From Anaeramoeba ignava BMAN (Eukaryota; Protista; Anaeramoebae): a stretch of 64,000 bases of DNA. The stretch covers positions 1 through 64,000 of the forward strand of contig JAPDFW010000092.1 of NCBI GenBank assembly GCA_028826165.1, in the 5' to 3' direction. The position numbers and the translations under genes are program-made. Shown piece by piece: positions 11,400 to 22,596 of this stretch; positions within the stretch are counted from its first letter, which is position 1, and each line of letters starts with the position of its first letter. Below the pieces are notes generated by a model. It was not told where the DNA came from and did not search any database. It was given only the letters and a program-made list of their open reading frames with translations.

Positions 11400-11828
11400 C
11401 AATTTTATTAAATTATTGAGAATAATTTTATATTATTTTAAATAAAGAAAAATTAATAAAATATATAAAATAGAATTAATTTTAAATTTAGTTATTTAAT
11501 ATTCTTTATTCCATTTTTGAAATAAATTAATAAAAATATTTTATTAATTTTATTAAATTATTGAGAATAGTTTTATATTATTTTAAATAAAGAAAAATTA
11601 ATAAAATATATAAAATAAAATTAATTTTAAATTTAGTTATTTAATATTCTTTATTCCATTTTTGAAATAAATTAATGAAAAATATTTTATTAATTTTATT
11701 AAATTATTGAGAATAGTTTTATATTATTTTAAATAAAGAAATATTGATAAAATATATAAAATAGAATTAATTTTAAATTTAATTATTTAATATTCTTTAT
11801 TCCATTTTTGAAATAAATTAATGAAAAA
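11400..11828. repeat. ~145-bp minisatellite, about 3 copies
   Basis: TTATTGAGAATA...TATTCTTTATTCCATTTTTGAAATAAATTAAT recurs, with TTGAG at 11416, 11561 and 11707. Confidence 0.85.
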
Positions 11829-12144
11829 GATTATATAATTGAAAGAAAAGAAAAACAATATAAATTTCCTAAATTAATATTAATAATTAGAAGTGAATTA
11901 TATCGAGGAATGTTTTTATCTGTAACTGAAGATAAATCTAATAAAGTTACAGATTATAGTGAATTAAGTAATAAATCATTTCAAATATTTGAATATTGGA
12001 TTTATTCAAATCAAATTAAAGATGAAATTGAAATTACACAAGAAATTATTAATGAAATTAAAATAGGAATTGATTATTTTCAATTAAATCAAAAATCCAA
12101 ATTTATTTGATTTATTAATTAACAAATTTAATAATCAAAATTAA
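11820..12144 (+). pseudogene. 5'-truncated, frameshifted RCC1-BTB 3' fragment
   Basis: NEKDYIIERKEKQYKFPKLILIIRSELYRGMFLSVTEDK... is near-identical to the 3' ends of both paralogues. It has a 2-nt deletion near 12091 (AATCAAAAATCC vs AATCAAACAAATCC) and no upstream coding sequence. Confidence 0.8.
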
Positions 12145-12236
12145 AATTAAAATTAAAATTAAAATTAAAATTAAAATTAAAATTAAAATTCCAAAATCAT
12201 TTTTTTTCATTTTTTTTAACTTTTTTTTATTCTTTT

Positions 12237-14776
12237 ATGAATTCAGTTGAAATTTCAACATTTATTTCTTGTATTTTTGGAATTATTGGTTCATTATTAA
12301 TAATCATAATATTTTTAATTTTCAAAGAGCAAAAATTATTTTATCGAAAATTAATTTTAGTTCTTTCTTTTTATGATCTTCTTCAATCAATATCATACAT
12401 TTTACCTGGAAAAAACTATCACATTTTATGTCACGTTCAAATGTATGCGATTGCAATAACAGGAATAACTTCTCAATATTGGTGTGCTGCTATTTCTTTT
12501 GTTTCTTATCTAAAAGTTGTTAAAAATAAAACAGATCAATATTTACAAAAATTATATCAACTTCTTCATATTTCAATGCTTATTTTGGATGTTTTATTCA
12601 TTCTTATTGTTACTTTTTTTGGAACTCCAACAAAAAAAGAAACTTATTGGTTTGATTTTTTTTGGATTTATTGATTGTTTTGTAAATTTTATTTATTTAT
12701 TTTTTTTGTTAAATATTTTTCTTATTTTTAGGTGTTGGTGCTCTGAAATGGGTCTTACAATGGTATTTGATTATCTATCTTTAAATCAATTTTATATCAA
12801 TTTTATATCAATTTTAAATCAATTTTAAATCAATTTTATATCAATTTTAAATCAATTTTAAATTAATTTTATATCAATTTTAAATCAATTTTATATCAAT
12901 TTTAAATCAAGTTTATATCAATTTTAAATCAATTTTATATCAATTTTATATCAATTTTATATTAATTTTAAATCAATTTTTAATCAATTTTAAATCAATT
13001 TTAAATCAATTTTAAATCAATTTTATATCAATTTTAAATTAATTTTAAATCAATTTTAAATCAATTTTAAATCAATTTTAAATCAATTTTATATCAATTT
13101 TATATCAATTTTAAATCAATTTTATAATCAATTTTAAATCAATTTTAAATTAATTTTAAATCAATTTTAAATCAATTTTAAATTAATTTTATATCAATTT
13201 TAAATCAATTTTAAATCAATTTTAAAATCAATTTTTAAATCAATTTTTAAATCAATTTTAAATCAATTTTAAATCAATTTTAAATCAATTTTAAATCAAT
13301 TTTAAATCAATTTTTAAATCAATTTTAAATCAATTTTAAATCAATTTTAAATCAATTTTAAAATCAATTTTATATCAATTTTAAATCAATTTTTAAATCA
13401 ATTTTAAATCAATTTTAAATCAATTTTAAATCAATTTTAAATCAATTTTAAATCAATTTTATATCAATTTTAAATCAATTTTTATCAATTTTAAATCAAT
13501 TTTAAATCAATTTTAAATCAATTTTAAATCAATTTTATATTAATTTTAAATCAATTTTATATCAATTTTAAATCAATTTTAAATCAATTTTAAATCAATT
13601 TTAAATCAATTTTAAATCAATTTTAAATCAATTTTAAATCAATTTTAAATCAATTTTAAATCAATTTTTAAAAATTTTAAATCAATTTTAAAATCAATTT
13701 TAAATCAATTTTAAATCAATTTTTTTATATCAATTTTATATCAATTTTATATCAATTTTATATTAATTTTAAATCAATTTTAAATCAATTTTATATCAAT
13801 TTTAAATCAATTTTAAATCAATTTTAAATCAATTTTAAATCAATTTTAAATCAATTTTAAATCAATTTTATCAATTTTAAATCAATTTTATATTAATTTT
13901 AAATCAATTTTATATTAATTTTATATCAATTTTAAATCAATTTTAAATCAATTTTATATCAATTTTAAATCAATTTTATATCAATTTTAAATCAATTTTA
14001 AATCAATTTTATATCAATTTTAAATCAATTTTATATCAATTTTAAATCAATTTATGTTTAGATGATGTATACTTTTTATTGGATTTTTATGGTGATTTGT
14101 TTAGTTTTTTATCTTTTAACTATTATTAAACTTAGAGCTGTTTTTAAAATTATTTCTCAAATTCAAATTCAAATTTCGAAAGAAAAACAACTAGCACAAT
14201 TTAAAATTCAATTAAGAATGTCATTAATTCCTTTAATTTATATTATTTTATTAATTCCACCAACAATTAAGGTTAAAATTAAAATTAAATTTAAAATTAA
14301 AATTAAAATTAAAATTAAAATTTAAAATTAAAATTAAAATTAAAATCAAAAATTAAAATTGAAATCAAAATCAAAATTAAAATTAAAATCAAAATTAAAA
14401 TTAAAATTAAAATTAAAATTAAAATCAAAATTAAAATCAAAATTAAAATTAAAATTTAAAATTAAAATATAAATCAAAATTAAAATTAAAATTAAAATTA
14501 AAATTTAAATCTTTTTAGAGAGTTAATGAAGAAATTCATCCAAATTCAAAAAGTTCAATTATAATTAATATTTTACAAGCAATTGCAACAACATCTCATG
14601 GTTTTTGGGATTTTTTAATTTTCATTGTTTTTGTAAAAGAAATGAGAAAAAAAATTCGAAATTGTTCTTCAATTTCAAATCAAAATCGAGATCAAAAATA
14701 TTCATCAATTCAAGATTTTGAAACTTCAAATCAATTTAATGAATTTCATAAATTAATCAATTCAACAATTAATTAA
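12237..14776 (+). CDS. 7TM GPCR, Dictyostelium cAMP-receptor (cAR/Crl)/GCR1-like family; exons 12237-12649, 12732-12762, 14062-14271, 14519-14776
   Basis: TM1 SCIFGIIGSLLIII; RKLILVLSFYDL; C in LCHVQ; YW|CW loop motif restored by a 31-nt micro-exon; LRMSLIPLIYII; TM7 SHGFWDFLIF. All junctions GT-AG and in frame. Confidence 0.85.
12780..14050. repeat. 11-bp tandem satellite (AAATCAATTTT/ATATCAATTTT) filling GPCR intron 2
   Basis: Reverse complement of the lplA intron satellite; ~1.27 kb. Confidence 0.95.
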
Positions 14777-14949
14777 ATAATTGAATAATTGATTGATTAG
14801 TTGAAAACAAAAACAAATTGGGAAAAAAAGAAAGAAAGAAAGAAAATATTTTTTTTTCCATTTTTGTTTGTTATTTTTAAAAAATTTTGTGATTTTTTTT
14901 CATTTTTCATTTTTCATTTTTCTTTATTTTTATTTTTATTTTTATTATT

Positions 14950-17900
14950 ATGTCATTTGCAATTCAAGAATGGGTTAATTCAAATGACAAAAAAACTTTT
15001 CGTAAAGAAGCTTGGAAAGTAAAAGAATTAATAACAAAATTACATTCTCTTTTTGTTTTATTTTATTTTGTTTTTATTTTTATTTTTTAAAAGGAACTTT
15101 TGATGATAGAAAATTTTGAAAAAAAACAACCAATAAAAAAAATTGAAAAAATTACTTATGATTTAATTATAAAAGAAACAGAAATTGCATCAAATATTAT
15201 TAAAGGTTTTTATTCCAATAAAAATTAATAAACAAATTTAACGGAAAAATGTTACTTTAACAAAATCCAATTTACAATTAAAAAATTTACAAAAACAAAA
15301 CAAGTTTAATTTATAAATTAATTTATATTTATATTTATATTTATATTTATATTTATATTTATATTTATATTTATATTTATATTTATATATTTATATTTAT
15401 ATTTATATTTATATTTATATTTATAAATTAATTTATATTTATATTTATATTTATATTTATATTTATATTTATATTTATATTTATATTTATATTTATATTT
15501 ATATTTATATTTATATTTATATTTATATTTATAATTTATATTTATATTTATATTTATATTTATATTTATATTTATATTTATATTTATATTTATATTTATA
15601 TTTATATTTATATTTATATTTATATTTATATTTATATTTATATTTATATTTATATTTATATTTATATTTATATTTATATTTATATTTATATTTATATTTA
15701 TATTTTGATTTATATTTATATTTTTATTTAAAAAGAAATGACTTCCAAAAATCTTTCAAAAGTAATCCAAGCTTCACTTATCAGAATATACGAAGTATAT
15801 GAACCACAATACACAAAAGGAGCAAGTATATTATTAGTTCCATTTTTATTACTTGATTTGGATTTCCAAGAAATAGCAGATTTTTTTTATGGATTTCAAA
15901 AAATTTTTGTTCCAAATTTATATAAAAAAGAATCTTATTATCGATTATGTGGATTTAAGTTAGTTAGACATTTGCTTTTATATCACGATCCAGATTTGGT
16001 TCAACATTTGGATCAATTTAGAGGAGATATCACTAAAATTGCAACAAACTCAATTTTCACAGCTTTGATTTATTTCTATATAAATTCTTTGAAATTTTTC
16101 AAACTCAAAAAATCAGAAGATTCAACCCAAAATTTTTCAGAACAAAAAATCACCTTGTTTAATAATTTCTATTTGATTTGGGATTATTTACTTCTATCAA
16201 GAGATCCTTGCTGGATTGTTTTTTTGATTTGCTCGTTTTTTCTCATTCGCAAAAAAGAAATAATGAACGCAAATTCTCATGAAAATCTTCAACTTGTTTT
16301 GGATCAACTCCATTTTAAAATGGAAGATAATCCTGAGGAAATCATCCACAAAGCAAGGCAAATCGAGTTTAAAACACCCATTTCATTCAAGCAACTTATG
16401 ATGAACACGCTTTATTCTGAAAATGGAAAATTTGATTCAAACCAATATTTTTATATCTCAAAATTTGTTGCTCTTCCAATTGATTTAGTGGAGATTTTGA
16501 ATCTTTGGGAAAATAATAAGCAAATTGAGGAAAAAAATGCAAAAAAATTATCTTTTGTTGTTATTGATTGTAGAAAACAGGAAGAAGTTTCTTTTGGAAC
16601 TCTTCCTTTAGCTTTGCATTTAGATCCTTCAAAATTTTTTGATGATCCTGTTGCTTTTACTGAAAATTTGGAGGTTTTTTTAGCAATGAAAGGATCCAAT
16701 CTTGCCTTTCTTGGAACAGGAAATTTGAATCAAGATAAAGAGTTATTTTTGATTGTTTTGCAATTTATTACTCGAGGATTTCCTCATGTTAGTATTTGTC
16801 AAGGTGGATTTCAAAAATATTTGGATTTTGTTAAAGAAGGAAAATGCAAAGTTTTTAAACCCATTTTATCTGAACCTGAAAAAAAAAGCAATCAAAATCA
16901 AAATCAAAAATCAAAATCAAAATCAAAATCAAAATCAAAATCAAAATTAAAAACCAAAATCAAAATCAAAATATTCAGAAAAAGAAAAAATCTTTTAAAT
17001 TTTGGAAAAATTCCCAGAATCAACAAAAAGAAGAAAAGAAAAACAAAGAAAAACAAAAAGAATCTGAAATGAAACAAAAACAACCTCAAGAAATTTTTTC
17101 TATTTATGATAGTGATGACAATTTGGATGAAAATTTATCTTCTGATCAAGACAAGATAAATGATCTTATAAATGAGATTATAAATGAAGAAGATGATTTA
17201 GATGATTTAGATGATTTAGATGATTTAGATGATTTGATGAAATGAAAATTTAAAAGAAAATGAAAATGAAAATTTAAATGAAAATGAAAATGAAAATGAA
17301 AATGAAAATGAAAATCAAAATGAAATCAAAAATGAAAATAAAAATCAAAATCAAAATCATCAAAATCAAAATGAAAATCAAAATCAAAATCAAAATCAAA
17401 ATCAAAATCAAAATCAAAATCAAAATCAAAATCAAAATCAAAATAAAAAAAATAAAATCAAAAAGAAAATCAAAATCAAAATCAAAATCAAAATGAAAAT
17501 CAAAATCAAAATCAAAATCAAAATCAAAATAAAAATCAAAATCAAAATCAAAAATCAAAAAAAATCAAAATCAAAATCAAAATCAAAATCAAAATAAAAA
17601 TCAAAATAAAAATAAAAATAAAAATAATCAAAATGAAAAGAAAAAAAGAAAAAAACATCAACATAAAAAAACTCAAGCTAAAGAAAATGAAGAACCAATT
17701 ATTACTGATAATCCACCAACACAAGAATCAGTTCACATTGAATGGATGCCAAAAGATACTTTATTAAATGTATCAAGATGGATGAAAGATAAATCAATTC
17801 ATTTTTTCATTGCAAAATATATTCATTTTGGATTTTCAAATCAATGTTATATTGTGATTTCACCAGAATTTTTTATTGAATTAAAAGCAGATCCAAATCG

Positions 17901-18204
17901 AATCAGATATGGAACTTTAAAATTTCAACAATATTTACTTAAAATTGAAAAGGTTTTATATAAAAAAATAGATCCTCATAAAATAACTATTGTTTTTAAA
18001 GATTTTGAAAAACCAAAACAAAAAAATAAATTTTTAAAATTTCTAAGTTCTTCAAAAGAATCTGAATCTGAATCAATTGAACAAAAAGAACCAAAAATAA
18101 TTTTAATAGAAAGAACTTATACAATTAAAGATCCAAAAAAATTTCTTCAATTACTTTCAAAAAATATGAAAAAAATTAAAAAAATTAAACAAAAATTAAA
18201 TTAA
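14950..18204 (+). CDS. TBC1D23: TBC1D23-like (TBC + rhodanese + C-terminal PH-like); exons 14950-15018, 15094-15204, 15736-18204, with frameshifts in the low-complexity tract ~16890-17640
   Basis: [18 protein letters not shown] (TBC); [25 protein letters not shown] and [11 protein letters not shown] (rhodanese); [13 protein letters not shown]...[18 protein letters not shown] (C-terminal PH-like domain). Confidence 0.85.
15320..15720. repeat. (TATATT)n microsatellite in TBC1D23 intron 2
   Basis: Directly visible. Confidence 0.95.
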
Positions 18205-18569
18205 ATTAAATTAAAATTAAAAATTAAATTAAAATTAAATTAAAATTAAAAATTAAAATTAAAATTAAAATTAAAATTAAAATTAAAATCAAAATTAAAT
18301 ATTAAAACAAAATTAAAATTAAAAATTAAAAATTAAAATTAAAACAAAATTAAATCGAAATTAAATCAAAATTAAATTAAAATTAAAATTAAATAAAATT
18401 AAAATTTTCTTTTTTAAAAAATTTCCCAAAAAGAAAAAAAATTTTTTATTTTTTGAAAAATGTTTTTATTGAAAAAAAAAAAGTATTTTTTTTGAGAAGG
18501 GTAAAAAAAAATTTTCTAAATAATTGGAGATATGGAATGAAAAATTAATTTGAGAAAAGGAGATTCAAA

Positions 18570-19866
18570 TTAAACACGAATGCAAACACCACCAACTTCT
18601 TTAATTTTCTTTTCAGCTCTCAAACTGAAGAATTTTGCTCGAACAATCATTGGTTGTTTAGGAAGTTTTCCTTTTCCAAGAACCTTAAAGAATCCGTGTT
18701 TATAAGCATCAATAATTGGGACTTCATCAGTTTCTTTTGCATCTTTATATTTCTGTCGAACTTCATCTGGAACAAGTGTCCAAATTTTGTCCAAATTGAT
18801 TATTGGGCAATAATATCTTTGTGAAAGCATATGATATCTACGCATACCAATCTTTCCAAAATAACCAGGATGATATTTATCGAAAGCAATTCTATTAAAA
18901 TAAAATTTTAATTTGAATTTTAATTTTAATTTTAATTTTAATATTAATTTTAATTTTAATTTTAATATTAATTTTAATTTTAATTTTAATTTAAATTTAA
19001 ATTTAAATTTTAATATTAATTTTAATTTTAATTTTAATTTTAAATTTTAATTTTAAATTTTAATTTAAATTTTAATTTTAATTTTAAATTTTAATTTTAA
19101 TTTTAATTTTAATTTTAATTTTAATTTTAATTTTAATTTTAATTTAAATATTGATTTAATTTTAATTTAATTTTAATTTTAATTTTAATTTATTTTTATT
19201 TTAATTTAATTTAATTTTAATTTTAATTTTAATTTTAATTTTTATTTTTTAATTATTAATATTAATTTTAATTTTAATTTTAATTTAAATTTTAATTTTA
19301 ATTTTAATTTTTAATTTAATTTAAATTTTAATTTAATTTAAATTTTTATTTTAATTTTAATTTTAATTATTAAATTATATACCTATGATGATTTAAACCT
19401 CCTGCTTTACCTCTTCCAGCGGGATGTTTACGATGTTTCCCAACTCTTCCATATCCCATAACGACATGACCTCTAAATTAAATTAAATTAAATTGAATTA
19501 AATTAAAATGAATTAAATTAAAAATAAATTAAAATGAATTAAAATAAATTAAATTAAATTAAATTTTTTTTACCTCTTTTTTCTGGTTTTTGAAAATCTT
19601 GATGGCTAAAAAAATGATATATATTTATTTATTAAATTAATAAATAAAAATAAATAATTAATAAATTAATAAATAAAAAAAAATTTTTTTTTAAAAAAAT
19701 TTTAATTTAAAATTTTTTAAAATAATTTTAATTTAAATTTTTGTGTTTTTTAAAATAATTTTAATTTAAATTTTTGTGTTTTTTTAAAATAGTTTTAATT
19801 GAAATTTTTGTGTTTTTTAATTAAAATTAAAATTAAAAAAAAAAAGTTAATTATAAAACCAACCAT
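18570..19866 (-). CDS. RPL27A: 60S ribosomal protein L27a (uL15); exons 19866-19864 (ATG only), 19605-19574, 19472-19383, 18891-18570
   Basis: Spliced M|[11 protein letters not shown]|[30 protein letters not shown]|[20 protein letters not shown]...[35 protein letters not shown]. Confidence 0.97.
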
Positions 19867-20165
19867 TATGAATTAATTATGAATTAGAAATTGAAAAATG
19901 AAAAAAAAAAAAAGAAAAAAAAAATTTTTTTTTGTTTAATGATTCATTATTTCATATTTTTTACTCATTTTTATTTTTTTTTAATAATTAAAAAAATATT
20001 TAAATTTTTAAATTGTTTTCAATTATTATTAAATTAGAAAATTTGTTTAAAAATAACAAAATAAAAAAAAATTATATTTCAAATTGAATTAAAATCGGAA
20101 AAAAAAAAGAAGAAAAATGATTTTTATTTTTTTTTCATTTTTTTCTTTTTTATTATATTAAAAAA

Positions 20166-22480
20166 ATGGATCTTTCTTCACAAAAAATTAATTCAAAAAA
20201 AGGTATAGAATTAAATAATAATAAAATTTCTAATAAAAGATAAACAATTTTAAAATATAATTTATATATTTTTTATAAAGATAAACATAAAAACAAAAAA
20301 AGGAGTTTAAATGAAAATGAAAATAAAAACGAAAATGAAAATCAAAATGAAAATGAAAATGATAATGATAATGAAAATCAAAATGATAATGATAGTGAAA
20401 ATGATAGTGAAAATGATAATGAAAATGATAGTGAAAATGATAATGAAAATGATAGTGAAAATGATAATGAAAATTCAAATCAAAATCAAAATCAAAATCA
20501 AAATTCAAATCAATTAGAAAATCAAAATCAAAATCAAAATCAAAATCAAAATCAAAATCAAAATCAAATTCAAATCAAAATCAAAATCAAAATCAAAATT
20601 TAAATTTAACTTCAAATTCAACTTCAGATTCAACTTCAACTTCAAATTCAGATTCAAATTCAGATTCAAATTTAGATTTAGATTCAGATTCAGATTTAGA
20701 TTCAAAAGAAAAAGAAAAAGAAAAAGAAAAAGAAAAAGAAAAAGATAAAGATAAAGATAATGATAAAAATAAAGATAATGATAAAGATAAAGATAAAAAT
20801 AAAGATAAAGATAAAAAGAAAAGATAAAGATAAAGATAAAAAAGAAAAAGATAAAGATAATCCATTTGAAAGTGAAAATGATAGTGAAAATGAAAATGAA
20901 AATGAAAATGATAATGAAAATGAAAGTGAAAATGATAATGAAAATGAAAATAAAATTGAAAATGAAAATAAAATTGAAAATGAAAATGAAAATGAAAATC
21001 CATTTCAAAGTGAAAGTGAAAATGATAATAAAAATGAAAATGAAAATGATAATAAAAATGATAATGATAATCCATTTAAAAGTGAAAGTGAAAGTGAAAA
21101 TGAAAATGAAAATAGTAACACAACAGATACTGAATTTGAAAATGATGAAAATATTAATAAAAATATTGAAAAAGATACACAAAATATCCCCGAAATTCAA
21201 AAAGAAACCAAAAATAAATCTCAATATAAAAAAAACCATTTCAAATAGAAAATTTAGAAGATATCAAAAAAGATCAAATCCAAAAACCAAATCCAACAGA
21301 ATCAAATAAAATCCAATTAAATTCCATACTTGAAATGGATGATATTGAAAACATGCATATAAATTCAGATATAGAAGTCACCAAAAAACAAAAACTGACG
21401 GAAGAACAAACAAAACTTTTAGACAAAAATCTTAAAATTTTTGAAAATGAAATGTTGAAAGTTATAGATGAATTTGTCAATTTAAATTCATCAGAAAATT
21501 CACAAAATTTCCAACTTTTGAAACAAAAAAGAGAGCAAATCATGAATAGTTATGCTCAAGAATTCCAGAAATCTCTTTCAACAATTTTGACTTCATCACT
21601 TACAGAAATTCCGAAACTAATTGAAAAGGAATTGAACAATTATTTCTTTCAAGAAGAAACAACTCACAAAAATCAAATTTCACAGTTTATTTATAAATCA
21701 TTTATTGAATCAGTCAAAAGAACCAATTTTATCGACAAATTATCTGATTCAATCATTAAAGAAATGCATCAAAAAATCATTTTAGATCTTCGAAAAACAT
21801 TCCAAGACGAAATTTTACCGAATTTTGCCAATTTGAACCAAAAAGTTTTAAATCAACAATTTTCATCTTCAATTGAAAGTAAATTGCCTCAAATTTTCGA
21901 GTCATTTGAAAACCCAAAAATCAAAGAAAAAGAAAAATGGGTTCAATTACAAATTTCTCAAACATTTGAAAATATCAAAAAATCAATTGAATATCAACAA
22001 GCTCAAGCACATAATCAAATTATATCCACAATTTCAACAAGATTCAATATTCAACCGAATTTCCAATTATTTCAAACAGAAATTCCTTTAATAGAAAAGG
22101 CAAGAAATATGGTTCGTGATTTCCAAATCGAAGAAGCATTTACTCAAATTCTGAATCAAGAAAATCCTGATTTAACTTTTGAATTTTGTTCAGAAATCAA
22201 TCCAAAAATTTTATTTCTTCACAAAAATATTTTATCTGATTTTATTTTACTTCCTTTAGCTCAACATTTGGCTTTTAATGTGCAAATTAAAACTAAAACT
22301 AAACTCAAATGGCTTAAGAACGTTCTTCTTTGGATTAATTCAAAAAATCCTGAGATTAGTACTCATATTCCTTTTGTTTTTCAAGGAATTGAAAAATCTT
22401 TACAAATTCAATCAAATGATCCAAAATTAATGAAGAAATTGGAAACACTTAAACAAATACTCCTTTCAAAAAAAATTTAA
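20166..22480 (+). CDS. EDC4/Ge-1/VARICOSE-like protein (C-terminal helical domain; low-complexity N-terminus with apparent frameshifts); intron 20203-20280
   Basis: C-terminus IEEAFTQILNQENPDLTFEFCSEINPK...LSDFILLPLAQHLAFNVQIKTKTKLKWLKNVLLWINSKNPEISTHIPFVFQGI matches the EDC4 C-terminal pattern (EEAF..AL...D...V.WLC..V...LSQ.VLLSL.QQL..D......KL.W......I...D..I..H). Confidence 0.7.
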
Positions 22481-22596
22481 ACACAAAGAAAAACCAAAAC
22501 AAAAAAAAACCAAATAAAATTCAAATTCAAAAATTAAATTTTTTGCGTTTATTTTTTTTTAAAGGAAAAAAAAACGGAAATTCCACTTTTTTTTTT

